Assembly (NCBI GenBank): GCA_964016885.1
Contig: OZ024742.1
Span: 337,776,001 to 337,840,000 of the forward strand
Direction: 5' to 3'
DNA: 64,000 nt
From: Eledone cirrhosa
Lineage: Eukaryota
Shown: positions 12,962-25,900 of the stretch, in pieces
Layout: each line of letters starts with the position of its first letter
How positions within the stretch are numbered: position 1 is the stretch's first letter
Translations under genes and position numbers: made by a program
Notes under the pieces: model-generated
The model's database searches: none
The model's input: the letters and a program-made list of their open reading frames with translations, nothing else
Told to the model about the DNA's origin: nothing

Positions 12962-14563
12962 ATCAACGAATATAGTGAAGAGTTTAGCGTAAAAGTTGGT
13001 GTCCATCAGGGCTCTGTACTTAGCCCCCTACTATTTATTATTGCCCTTCAGGCTATAACAGAGGAGTTCAAGACCGGCTGCCCATGGGAACTCCTATACG
13101 CAGATGATCTAACGCTCATAGCTGAATCAATGACCGAACTAGAGAAGAAATTCCAAACGTGGAAGCACGGCCTAGAATCAAAAGGCCTTAAAATTAACCT
13201 GGCTAAGACTAAAGTTCTAGTTTGTAGGAAAGAAAATAAGGCGGCGGTCCCATCGGGGAAATGGCCATGCTCAGTGTGTAGGAAAGGCGTAGGTAGAAAC
13301 TCCATTTTATGTCCCAAATGCAAAGTATGGGTGCATAAAAGATGTAGTGGGATCACAGGTAAGCTAACTAAGAACATAGATTTTACATGTGGCCGGTGCT
13401 CTGGTGCAATAAGTAGCAGCAAGTGCCCACAAAATACTAGCTCCTTCAACTGCGCAGAGGGTTCTATAGAAATAGTGGACAGCTTCCGTTATCTGGGTGA
13501 CAAAATCAGCAGTGGGGGAGGGTGCTCTGAAAGTACAGTAGCTAGAGTCAGAACTGGATGGAAAAAGTTCAGAGAGCTTATACCACTATTAGCCGCTAGA
13601 GGGTTCTCCCTAAAAATGAAAGGCAGGTTATACGATGCCTGCATACGAACAGCAATGCTGCATGGCAGTGAGACCTGGGCATTGTGTGCAGAGGATATAC
13701 GCAGACTAGAGAGGAACGAAGCTTGCATGCTCCGCTGGATGTGCAATAGTAATATACGTGAACGGCAAAGCATAAACGAACTAAGGAAAAAATTAGAAAT
13801 AAGAGGGATCAGATGTTGTTTACTCGAGAGAAGGCTACGTTGGTACGGTCACGTGATGCGCATGAAAGACGACAGCTGTATAACAAAGTGCAGGGCAATA
13901 AAGATAGACGGTAGCCACGGAGTAGGCAGACCCAGAAAAACATGGGACGAGCTGATAAATTCCGACCTCACACGCTTACACCTCTCCAAGACAATGTCAC
14001 TGGACCGAGACCTTTGGCGGTACTCAGTAATAGAGAAGACCCGCCTTACCTAAATACAAAGTAAAAACCTACTACAGTCAGTAGGCACCTCTATCAAAAC
14101 ACACCCCCGTCCCACCACCTCCACCCCACCCACACCGCCCCTTTCAATGTAAAGTTATGTTGGTCCCACAACATCCAGGCCGAAACAAATGAGATCGTGT
14201 AGGTGTCACGACAAAAAACACACAGTCCACGCTGTAAATGTGGCCGTGTAGGCAACACGGTAAAAACCTCCCAGCCCCACACTGTAAATGTGGTTGGTGT
14301 TAGGAAGGGCATCCAGCTGTAGAAAACCCGCCAGACAGTCCACGCTGTAATGTGGCCGTGTAGGCAACACGGTAAAAACCTCCCAGCCCCACACTGTAAA
14401 TGTGGTTGGTGTTAGGAAGGGCATCCAACTGTAGAAAACCCGCCAGACAGTCCTATGCGAGCTAGACAACCACTCTTGCCTCAAGTGGGAAAACCCCCGT
14501 CCAAACCCATGCAAGCGTGGAACACGGACGCTAAACCTGATGATGATGATGATGATGATGATG
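12962..14563 (+). mobile_element. RTE family B, 5'-truncated; 3' UTR has a ~117-bp internal duplication
   Basis: RT C-terminal half is open to 14053. The cagtccacgctgtaa...cgccaga block occurs twice (about 14223 and 14336). Confidence 0.95.
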
Positions 14564-14569
14564 TATGTA

Positions 14570-14605
<36 letters not shown>

Positions 14606-14656
14606 TGTATATATGTATGTATGTATATATATATATGTATGTATGTATGTATATAT

Positions 14657-14715
14657 ACCCCCGTCCAAAACCATGCAAGCGTGGAACACGGACGTTAAAC
14701 GTTGATGATGATGAT
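14657..14715 (+). mobile_element. RTE family B 3' tip
   Basis: ccccgtccaaaaccatgcaagcgtggaacacggacgttaaacgttgatgat. Confidence 0.9.
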
Positions 14716-14997
14716 ATACAAATATACATATATATATATATATATACATATATATACATATATACATATACACACATATATACATATACACACATATATA
14801 CATATATACACATATATACACGTATATACATATATATATACATAAATATATATATATATACATAAATGGAAAGTTATATTTAAAATTGTTGGGTTACAAC
14901 TAGTAAATATTTATAACTGATATAAAAGCACTCGACAAATATTTGGAGTATATTCACAATATTTAATAAATGGAAACTATATTTATAAAACCATATT

Positions 14998-15063
14998 TAT
15001 TTCATTATATATATTTCGGGGATATCATATTAACAATATGCTATGCCTTCCTCAGACAAAATA
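14998..15063 (-). ncRNA. Minimal type I hammerhead ribozyme motif (Penelope pLTR-like)
   Basis: Minus strand: tattttgt-CTGAGGA-aggcatagcatattgttaatatgatatcccc-GAAA-tatatata-atgaaata. Stem I is 8 bp (2 GU), stem II is long with 2 internal mismatches, stem III is palindromic, and the triplet is AUA. Confidence 0.65.
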
Positions 15064-15166
15064 CAATATAAACAGTTTTATAGATAAATGACTGCCAGCT
15101 TAAACCTCTTCAAATGGAAGTCGGTGTTATAACGGTATGTCGAATCTATTTATCTATAAAACTGTT

Positions 15167-18100
15167 AATATTGAAGAGATAAGACACTTTGCCATTCTTC
15201 TCTGCTAAAATGTACCACTAGAGCTGACTCAAATTTTCCCAGCCAGCCATCCACCTAATCTACGAAGGTATTTTAGCCTACATATTGTCGTTAATATTAT
15301 GATGTTCCCTGCTGTATTAGCGTTAAATTTTCCCTGCTGTATTAGCGATAAATTTTCGAGGGTTTCTCTTAGTAGCTTTTTCATGTCGTTAATATTATGA
15401 TGTTCCCTGCTGTATTAGCGTTAAATTTTCCCTGCTGTATTAGCGATAAATTTTCGAGGGTTTCTCTTAGTAGCTTTTTCATGTCGTTAATATTATGATG
15501 TTCCCTGCTGTATTAGCGTTAAATTTTCCCTGCTGTATTAGCGATAAATTTTCGAGGGTTTCTCTTAGTAGCTTTTTCATGTCGTTAATATTATGATGTT
15601 CCCTGCTGTATTAGCGTTAAATTTTCCCTGCTGTATTAGCGATAAATTTTCGAGGGTTTCTCTTAGTAGCTTTTTTCATGACGTTATTATTGTTAATTTT
15701 ACTGATGTAGTATTAACTTATTAACTTGGATATTTACCATGCGGTATTCTAATCCTATTGTATCTCTCTCAGTTATTTACCATGCGACCCTCAGTTCCTA
15801 CCCCCCCCCTCTATGCACTTCTTTAAGGCTTACTACCCTGTCTTTAACCTAATTCATTCAATCTGAAAATATTGAAGAGATAAGACACTTTGCCATTCTT
15901 CTCTGCTAAAATGTACCACTAGAGCTGACTCAAATTTTCCCAGCCAGCCATCCACCTAATCTACGAAGGTATTTTAGCCTACATATTGTCGTTAATATTA
16001 TGATGTTCCCTGCTGTATTAGCGTTAAATTTTCCCTGCTGTATTAGCGATAAATTTTCGAGGGTTTCTCTTAGTAGCTTTTTCATGTCGTTAATATTATG
16101 ATGTTCCCTGCTGTATTAGCGTTAAATTTTCCCTGCTGTATTAGCGATAAATTTTCGAGGGTTTCTCTTAGTAGCTTTTTCATGTCGTTAATATTATGAT
16201 GTTCCCTGCTGTATTAGCGTTAAATTTTCCCTGCTGTATTAGCGATAAATTTTCGAGGGTTTCTCTTAGTAGCTTTTTCATGTCGTTAATATTATGATGT
16301 TCCCTGCTGTATTAGCGTTAAATTTTCCCTGCTGTATTAGCGATAAATTTTCGAGGGTTTCTCTTAGTAGCTTTTTCATGTCGTTAATATTATGATGTTC
16401 CCTGCTGTATTAGCGTTAAATTTTCCCTGCTGTATTAGCGATAAATTTTCGAGGGTTTCTCTTAGTAGCTTTTTCATGTCGTTAATATTATGATGTTCCC
16501 TGCTGTATTAGCGTTAAATTTTCCCTGCTGTATTAGCGATAAATTTTCGAGGGTTTCTCTTAGTAGCTTTTTCATGTCGTTAATATTATGATGTTCCCTG
16601 CTGTATTAGCGTTAAATTTTCCCTGCTGTATTAGCGATAAATTTTCGAGGGTTTCTCTTAGTAGCTTTTTCATGTCGTTAATATTATGATGTTCCCTGCT
16701 GTATTAGCGTTAAATTTTCCCTGCTGTATTAGCGATAAATTTTCGAGGGTTTCTCTTAGTAGCTTTTTTCATGACGTTATTATTGTTAATTTTACTGATG
16801 TAGTATTAACTTATTAACTTGGATATTTACCATGCGGTATTCTAATCCTATTGTATCTCTCTCAGTTATTTACCATGCGACCCTCAGTTCCTACCCCCCC
16901 CCCCCCTCTATGCACTTCTTTAAGGCTTACTACCCTGTCTTTAACCTAATTCATTCAATCTGAAAATATTGAAGAGATAAGACACTTTGCCATTCTTCTC
17001 TGCTAAAATGTACCACTAGAGCTGACTCAAATTTTCCCAGCCAGCCATCCACCTAATCTACGAAGGTATTTTAGCCTACATATTGTCGTTAATATTATGA
17101 TGTTCCCTGCTGTATTAGCGTTAAATTTTCCCTGCTGTATTAGCGATAAATTTTCGAGGGTTTCTCTTAGTAGCTTTTTCATGTCGTTAATATTATGATG
17201 TTCCCTGCTGTATTAGCGTTAAATTTTCCCTGCTGTATTAGCGATAAATTTTCGAGGGTTTCTCTTAGTAGCTTTTTCATGTCGTTAATATTATGATGTT
17301 CCCTGCTGTATTAGCGTTAAATTTTCCCTGCTGTATTAGCGATAAATTTTCGAGGGTTTCTCTTAGTAGCTTTTTCATGTCGTTAATATTATGATGTTCC
17401 CTGCTGTATTAGCGTTAAATTTTCCCTGCTGTATTAGCGATAAATTTTCGAGGGTTTCTCTTAGTAGCTTTTTCATGTCGTTAATATTATGATGTTCCCT
17501 GCTGTATTAGCGTTAAATTTTCCCTGCTGTATTAGCGATAAATTTTCGAGGGTTTCTCTTAGTAGCTTTTTTCATGACGTTATTATTGTTAATTTTACTG
17601 ATGTAGTATTAACTTATTAACTTGGATATTTACCATGCGGTATTCTAATCCTATTGTATCTCTCTCAGTTATTTACCATGCGACCCCCAGTTCCTACCCC
17701 CCCCCCCCCCCCCTCTATGCACTTCTTTAAGGCTTACTACCCTGTCTTTAACCTAATTCATTCAATCTGAAAATATTGAAGAGATAAGACACTTTGCCAT
17801 TCTTCTCTGCTAAAATGTACCACTAGAGCTGACTCAAATTTTCCCAGCCAGCCATCCACCTAATCTACGAAGGTATTTTAGCCTACATATTGTCGTTAAT
17901 ATTATGATGTTCCCTGCTGTATTAGCGTTAAATTTTCCCTGCTGTATTAGCGATAAATTTTCGAGGGTTTCTCTTAGTAGCTTTTTCATGTCGTTAATAT
18001 TATGATGTTCCCTGCTGTATTAGCGTTAAATTTTCCCTGCTGTATTAGCGATAAATTTTCGAGGGTTTCTCTTAGTAGCTTTTTTCATGACGTTATTATT

Positions 18101-21100
18101 GTTAATTTTACTGATGTAGTATTAACTTATTAACTTGGATATTTACCATGCGGTATTCTAATCCTATTGTATCTCTCTCAGTTATTTACCATGCGACCCT
18201 CAGTTCCTACCCCCCCCCCCTCTATGCACTTCTTTAAGGCTTACTACCCTGTCTTTAACCTAATTCATTCAATCTGAAAATATTGAAGAGATAAGACACT
18301 TTGCCATTCTTCTCTGCTAAAATGTACCACTAGAGCTGACTCAAATTTTCCCAGCCAGCCATCCACCTAATCTACGAAGGTATTTTAGCCTACATATTGT
18401 CGTTAATATTATGATGTTCCCTGCTGTATTAGCGTTAAATTTTCCCTGCTGTATTAGCGATAAATTTTCGAGGGTTTCTCTTAGTAGCTTTTTCATGTCG
18501 TTAATATTATGATGTTCCCTGCTGTATTAGCGTTAAATTTTCCCTGCTGTATTAGCGATAAATTTTCGAGGGTTTCTCTTAGTAGCTTTTTCATGTCGTT
18601 AATATTATGATGTTCCCTGCTGTATTAGCGTTAAATTTTCCCTGCTGTATTAGCGATAAATTTTCGAGGGTTTCTCTTAGTAGCTTTTTCATGTCGTTAA
18701 TATTATGATGTTCCCTGCTGTATTAGCGTTAAATTTTCCCTGCTGTATTAGCGATAAATTTTCGAGGGTTTCTCTTAGTAGCTTTTTCATGTCGTTAATA
18801 TTATGATGTTCCCTGCTGTATTAGCGTTAAATTTTCCCTGCTGTATTAGCGATAAATTTTCGAGGGTTTCTCTTAGTAGCTTTTTCATGTCGTTAATATT
18901 ATGATGTTCCCTGCTGTATTAGCGTTAAATTTTCCCTGCTGTATTAGCGATAAATTTTCGAGGGTTTCTCTTAGTAGCTTTTTCATGTCGTTAATATTAT
19001 GATGTTCCCTGCTGTATTAGCGATAAATTTTCGAGGGTTTCTCTTAGTAGCTTTTTTCATGACGTTATTATTGTTAATTTTACTGATGTAGTATTAACTT
19101 ATTAACTTGGATATTTACCATGCGGTATTCTAATCCTATTGTATCTCTCTCAGTTATTTACCATGCGACCCCCATTTCCTACCCCCCCCCCTCTATGCAC
19201 TTCTTTAAGGCTTACTACCCTGTCTTTAACCTAATTCATTCAATCTGAAAATATTGAAGAGATAAGACACTTTGCCATTCTTCTCTGCTAAAATGTACCA
19301 CTAGAGCTGACTCAAATTTTCCCAGCCAGCCATCCACCTAATCTACGAAGGTATTTTAGCCTACATATTGTCGTTAATATTATGATGTTCCCTGCTGTAT
19401 TAGCGTTAAATTTTCCCTGCTGTATTAGCGATAAATTTTCGAGGGTTTCTCTTAGTAGCTTTTTCATGTCGTTAATATTATGATGTTACCTGCTGTATTA
19501 GCGTTAAATTTTCCCTGCTGTATTAGCGATAAATTTTCGAGGGTTTCTCTTAGTAGCTTTTTCATGTCGTTAATATTATGATGTTCCCTGCTGTATTAGC
19601 GTTAAATTTTCCCTGCTGTATTAGCGATAAATTTTCGAGGGTTTCTCTTAGTAGCTTTTTCATGTCGTTAATATTATGATGTTCCCTGCTGTATTAGCGT
19701 TAAATTTTCCCTGCTGTATTAGCGATAAATTTTCGAGGGTTTCTCTTAGTAGCTTTTTTCATGACGTTATTATTGTTAATTTTACTGATGTAGTATTAAC
19801 TTATTAACTTGGATATTTACCATGCGGTATTCTAATCCTATTGTATCTCTCTCAGTTATTTACCATGCGACCCTCAGTTCCTACCCCCCCCCCCCCTCTA
19901 TGCACTTCTTTAAGGCTTACTACCCTGTCTTTAACCTAATTCATTCAATCTGAAAATATTGAAGAGATAAGACACTTTGCCATTCTTCTCTGCTAAAATG
20001 TACCACTAGAGCTGACTCAAATTTTCCCAGCCAGCCATCCACCTAATCTACGAAGGTATTTTAGCCTACATATTGTCGTTAATATTATGATGTTCCCTGC
20101 TGTATTAGCGTTAAATTTTCCCTGCTGTATTAGCGATAAATTTTCGAGGGTTTCTCTTAGTAGCTTTTTCATGTCGTTAATATTATGATGTTCCCTGCTG
20201 TATTAGCGTTAAATTTTCCCTGCTGTATTAGCGATAAATTTTCGAGGGTTTCTCTTAGTAGCTTTTTCATGTCGTTAATATTATGATGTTCCCTGCTGTA
20301 TTAGCGTTAAATTTTCCCTGCTGTATTAGCGATAAATTTTCGAGGGTTTCTCTTAGTAGCTTTTTTCATGACGTTATTATTGTTAATTTTACTGATGTAG
20401 TATTAACTTATTAACTTGGATATTTACCATGCGGTATTCTAATCCTATTGTATCTCTCTCAGTTATTTACCATGCGACCCTCAGTTCCTACCCCCCCCCC
20501 TCTATGCACTTCTTTAAGGCTTACTACCCTGTCTTTAACCTAATTCATTCAATCTGAAAATATTGAAGAGATAAGACACTTTGCCATTCTTCTCTGCTAA
20601 AATGTACCACTAGAGCTGACTCAAATTTTCCCAGCCAGCCATCCACCTAATCTACGAAGGTATTTTAGCCTACATATTGTCGTTAATATTATGATGTTCC
20701 CTGCTGTATTAGCGTTAAATTTTCCCTGCTGTATTAGCGATAAATTTTCGAGGGTTTCTCTTAGTAGCTTTTTCATGTCGTTAATATTATGATGTTCCCT
20801 GCTGTATTAGCGTTAAATTTTCCCTGCTGTATTAGCGATAAATTTTCGAGGGTTTCTCTTAGTAGCTTTTTCATGTCGTTAATATTATGATGTTCCCTGC
20901 TGTATTAGCGTTAAATTTTCCCTGCTGTATTAGCGATAAATTTTCGAGGGTTTCTCTTAGTAGCTTTTTCATGTCGTTAATATTATGATGTTCCCTGCTG
21001 TATTAGCGTTAAATTTTCCCTGCTGTATTAGCGATAAATTTTCGAGGGTTTCTCTTAGTAGCTTTTTTCATGACGTTATTATTGTTAATTTTACTGATGT

Positions 21101-22743
21101 AGTATTAACTTATTAACTTGGATATTTACCATGCGGTATTCTAATCCTATTGTATCTCTCTCAGTTATTTACCATGCGACCCTCAGTTCCTACCCCCCCC
21201 CTCTATGCACTTCTTTAAGGCTTACTACCCTGTCTTTAACCTAATTCATTCAATCTGAAAATATTGAAGAGATAAGACACTTTGCCATTCTTCTCTGCTA
21301 AAATGTACCACTAGAGCTGACTCAAATTTTCCCAGCCAGCCATCCACCTAATCTACGAAGGTATTTTAGCCTACATATTGTCGTTAATATTATGATGTTC
21401 CCTGCTGTATTAGCGTTAAATTTTCCCTGCTGTATTAGCGATAAATTTTCGAGGGTTTCTCTTAGTAGCTTTTTCATGTCGTTAATATTATGATGTTCCC
21501 TGCTGTATTAGCGTTAAATTTTCCCTGCTGTATTAGCGATAAATTTTCGAGGGTTTCTCTTAGTAGCTTTTTCATGTCGTTAATATTATGATGTTCCCTG
21601 CTGTATTAGCGTTAAATTTTCCCTGCTGTATTAGCGATAAATTTTCGAGGGTTTCTCTTAGTAGCTTTTTCATGTCGTTAATATTATGATGTTCCCTGCT
21701 GTATTAGCGTTAAATTTTCCCTGCTGTATTAGCGATAAATTTTCGAGGGTTTCTCTTAGTAGCTTTTTCATGTCGTTAATATTATGATGTTCCCTGCTGT
21801 ATTAGCGTTAAATTTTCCCTGCTGTATTAGCGATAAATTTTCGAGGGTTTCTCTTAGTAGCTTTTTCATGTCGTTAATATTATGATGTTCCCTGCTGTAT
21901 TAGCGTTAAATTTTCCCTGCTGTATTAGCGATAAATTTTCGAGGGTTTCTCTTAGTAGCTTTTTCATGTCGTTAATATTATGATGTTCCCTGCTGTATTA
22001 GCGTTAAATTTTCCCTGCTGTATTAGCGATAAATTTTCGAGGGTTTCTCTTAGTAGCTTTTTCATGTCGTTAATATTATGATGTTCCCTGCTGTATTAGC
22101 GTTAAATTTTCCCTGCTGTATTAGCGATAAATTTTCGAGGGTTTCTCTTAGTAGCTTTTTTCATGACGTTATTATTGTTAATTTTACTGATGTAGTATTA
22201 ACTTATTAACTTGGATATTTACCATGCGGTATTCTAATCCTATTGTATCTCTCTCAGTTATTTACCATGCGACCCTCAGTTCCTACCCCCCCCCCCTCTA
22301 TGCACTTCTTTAAGGCTTACTACCCTGTCTTTAACCTAATTCATTCAATCTGAAAATATTGAAGAGATAAGACACTTTGCCATTCTTCTCTGCTAAAATG
22401 TACCACTAGAGCTGACTCAAATTTTCCCAGCCAGCCATCCACCTAATCTACGAAGGTATTTTAGCCTACATATTGTCGTTAATATTATGATGTTCCCTGC
22501 TGTATTAGCGTTAAATTTTCCCTGCTGTATTAGCGATAAATTTTCGAGGGTTTCTCTTAGTAGCTTTTTCATGTCGTTAATATTATGATGTTCCCTGCTG
22601 TATTAGCGTTAAATTTTCCCTGCTGTATTAGCGATAAATTTTCGAGGGTTTCTCTTAGTAGCTTTTTTCATGACGTTATTATTGTTAATTTTACTGATGT
22701 AGTATTAACTTGGATATTTACCATGCGACCCTCAGTTCCTACC
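15167..22743 (+). repeat. Higher-order tandem array 1: 10 units of (~310-bp linker + n x 98-bp monomer), n = 4,8,5,2,7,4,3,4,8,2
   Basis: Unit starts (aatattgaagag) at 15167, 15868, 16965, 17772, 18279, 19250, 19955, 20559, 21260 and 22355. The monomer has a 25-bp internal repeat. Confidence 0.95.
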
Positions 22744-22986
22744 TCACAATTTCCCTCCCCCCCACCCCCACACACCACCATAGTCAATTCGACCAATCAA
22801 ACCTAGCATGCCATTTCCACTGCTGCTGCTGCTACTACCTGCCTAACTAACTCTCTCCTCCTCTGGCGCATCCCAACACACCCTGCCATTACCCCACCAC
22901 CACTGTCCTTCTAGCCCTCAATTTTCCCACCGTTAGGGATGGATGAGCTGGGAATACACGAGCAACTCTGAATCAATAGATGAAAT

Positions 22987-25900
22987 ATGAATCTGCGAGC
23001 TACCAAGCACCCACGTGAAGCGCCAACCCAGAGACCCTCCCCTACGAGTGTCGACAAATGCCCAAAACTCCGAGTTGGTACCATCAATGTAGGCTCAATG
23101 AAAGGAAGAGCAGGAGAAATCGTAGAAATGCTAGAGCGAAAGGAAGTTGATGTATGCTGTGTGCAAGAGACTAGATGGAGAGGAGGGTCTGCTAGAGTCC
23201 TTGTAGGAAAAAGCCAGTGCTACAAATTTTTCTGGGTGGGAAATGACGATGGGATGGGTGGTGTAGGTATACTATTAGCTGACAAGTGGGTAGATAAAGT
23301 AATCTCAGTGTACAGGGTAAATGCAAGAATCATTAAACTCAGACTAGTCCTGAATAAGACAATTACCACAATAATATCAGCTTACGCACCCCAATCGGGG
23401 CTGCCAGACGAACTTAAGGATAGGTTTTACGAGTCCCTAATACACACTACTGCTCTAACAGACGACAAGGACTTCCTAATCATTGCAGGAGATTTTAACG
23501 GACACGTAGGTAAACACTGCGACGGCTTCGATAGAGTACATGGAGGCCATGGAGTTGGCACAAGGAATGAGGAAGGATTCAGACTTCTAGAATTCTGCGA
23601 CGCCAATGACATGTCGATATGTAACACAAACTTTAAAAAACCCGACAACCACCTGATCACCTATAGATCAGGGGAGCACTCTAGTCAGTTAGATTTTATC
23701 CTCATCAGAGGACGTGACAGATGGACGGTCGTAAACACAAAAGCCTTCCCTAGTGAGGAATGTACATCCCAACATAGCTTAGTTGTCAGCGACCTCACGG
23801 TCAGAACTAGACGAGCCCTGAAACAGAGGCCAACCTGGAGAAGAAAGATCTGGAAGCTGAAAGTCCCCTCAACCAGTAACAGATTTAAAGATATTTTACT
23901 CAACGCCTACGACAGTAAAGAAGAACAGATAGAGACATTTAACGTAGAAGAGAACTGGGAGTTCCTAAAAAATAACTTACTAGAGGCGACGGATGAGGTT
24001 TGTGGCTGGAGTAAGACCTCAAGCAGGAGGAGAGTGACTTGGTGGTGGAACAATAAGGTAGATGAAGCAGTCAAGGCCAAGAGACAGGCATGGAAAGAAT
24101 GGAAGAACGGGGGGAGCAGGGTACATTACATAGAGACCAAGAGGGAAGCTAGGCGACAAGTATACTTAGCTAGGAGGGAAGCAGAGGATAGAAAATTCAA
24201 GCATGTTTTACAACGTGAGGACCAGAAACAGGAGGTATTCAAGATTGCGAGGCAGTGTGTCAGAGATAGTTGTGATGTCATTGGAGAGAAGTGTATCCGG
24301 AATGATAAAGGTGAGCTTGCCCTCACAAGTGCTGAGAAGAAAGATGCATGGAAGAGTCATTATGATAGATTACTAAATGAGGAGAATGCATGGGAAGAAG
24401 AGACCCTACCCCACGTAGACCCTATAGAGGGACCAGCAGTACAAGTCAGCGGCAGCGTAGTAAGTAAGGCAATCAGAGATATGAAGATAGGGAAGGCAAC
24501 CGGTCCATCGGGTATAGCTGCCGAGATGCTGAAGGCATCTGGGTCTGTAGGTCACACTATAACCACACGTATCGTTAACCAGGTAATACTAGAGGGGGCC
24601 ATACCAAAAGATTGGTGCAGTAGCATCATTGTCAACTGCTACAAAGGTAAAGGCGATGCACTAGATAGAGGAAACTATAGAGGTATAAAGTTGATGGACC
24701 AGGTCATGAAAGTAACAGAAAGAGTTATAGCACAGCTGATTAGGGACCGGGTGAATATAGACGAGATGCAATTTGGGTTTGTTCCAGGGAAAGGCACCAC
24801 TGATGCGCTCTTCCTTGTGAGGCAATTACAGGAAAAGTACCTAGCTAAAAGTAAGCCACTCTACTTGGCATTTGTCGACCTTGAGAAAGCCTTTGACAGA
24901 GTTCCACGTGCAGTAATCTGGTGGGCTCTTAGAAAACTAGGAGTAGATGAATGGCTTGTGAAAGCGGTACAAGCCATGTATAGGGGAGCAGTCAGCAAAG
25001 TTAGGATTGGCAATGAGTATAGCGAGGAATTTAGCGTACAGGTTGGGGTCCACCAGGGCTCTGTTCTTAGCCCTCTCCTGTTCATCATAGTCCTGCAGGC
25101 AATAACGGAGGAGTTTAAGACCGGATGCCCATGGGAACTCCTGTATGCTGATGACCTCGCACTCATAGCTGAATCTATGGTAGAACTAGAGAATAAATTC
25201 CAAACCTGGAAGCAGGGACTAGAGAGAAAGGGCCTCAAAGTCAACATGACAAAGACTAAGGTCCTTATAAGTAGACGAGAAAACAGAACCCAGATCCCCT
25301 CAGGGAAATGGCCTTGCTCAGTATGTAGGAAAGGTGTAGGTAGGAACTCCATTCTTTGCCCCAAATGCAAACAATGGGTACACAAGAGATGTAGCGGGAT
25401 CTCAGGAAGCTTAATTAAGAATGTAGGATTCACATGCAGCAGCTGTGCTGAAACAGCAAGCAAACAGCCACAGGAAACAAGTACCACCAATCTCTGGGAG
25501 GGCCCTGTAGAAACAGTAGACAGCTTCTGCTACCTAGGTGACCGAATTAGCAACGGAGGTGGGTGCTCAGAAAGTACAATAACTAGGGTAAGAACGGGAT
25601 GGAAGAAGTTTAGGGAACTACTACCACTGCTAGCTGCAAAAGGCTTCTCCCTCAGAATGAAAGGCAGACTGTATGATGCGTGTATCCGAACAGCGATGTT
25701 GCATGGTAGTGAGACCTGGGCGCTGAAGGTGGAAGACTTACGTAGATTAGAGAGAAACGAAGCCTGCATGCTCCGATGGATGTGTAACAGTAATATACGT
25801 GAACGACAAAGCATAAATGAATTGAGAGAGAGACTGAGCATAAGAGGAATCAAATGCTGCGTGCAGGAGAGGCGGTTACGCTGGTATGGACATGTGATGC

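Noticed and set aside
15086-15135. SECIS-like pattern (ATGA, 10 nt, AAA, mini-stem)
   Set aside because: The 3' GA of the quartet is missing, the stem is weak, and there is no upstream UGA-containing ORF.
15905-15978. gctaaaa..tacc / ggtattttagc hairpin in the array linker as a ribozyme
   Set aside because: Pairing is possible, but I could not fit a hammerhead, HDV or twister core by eye. A covariance search would be needed.
15167-22743. CRISPR-like repeat/spacer appearance
   Set aside because: Linkers are identical rather than unique, the context is eukaryotic, and there are no cas genes.
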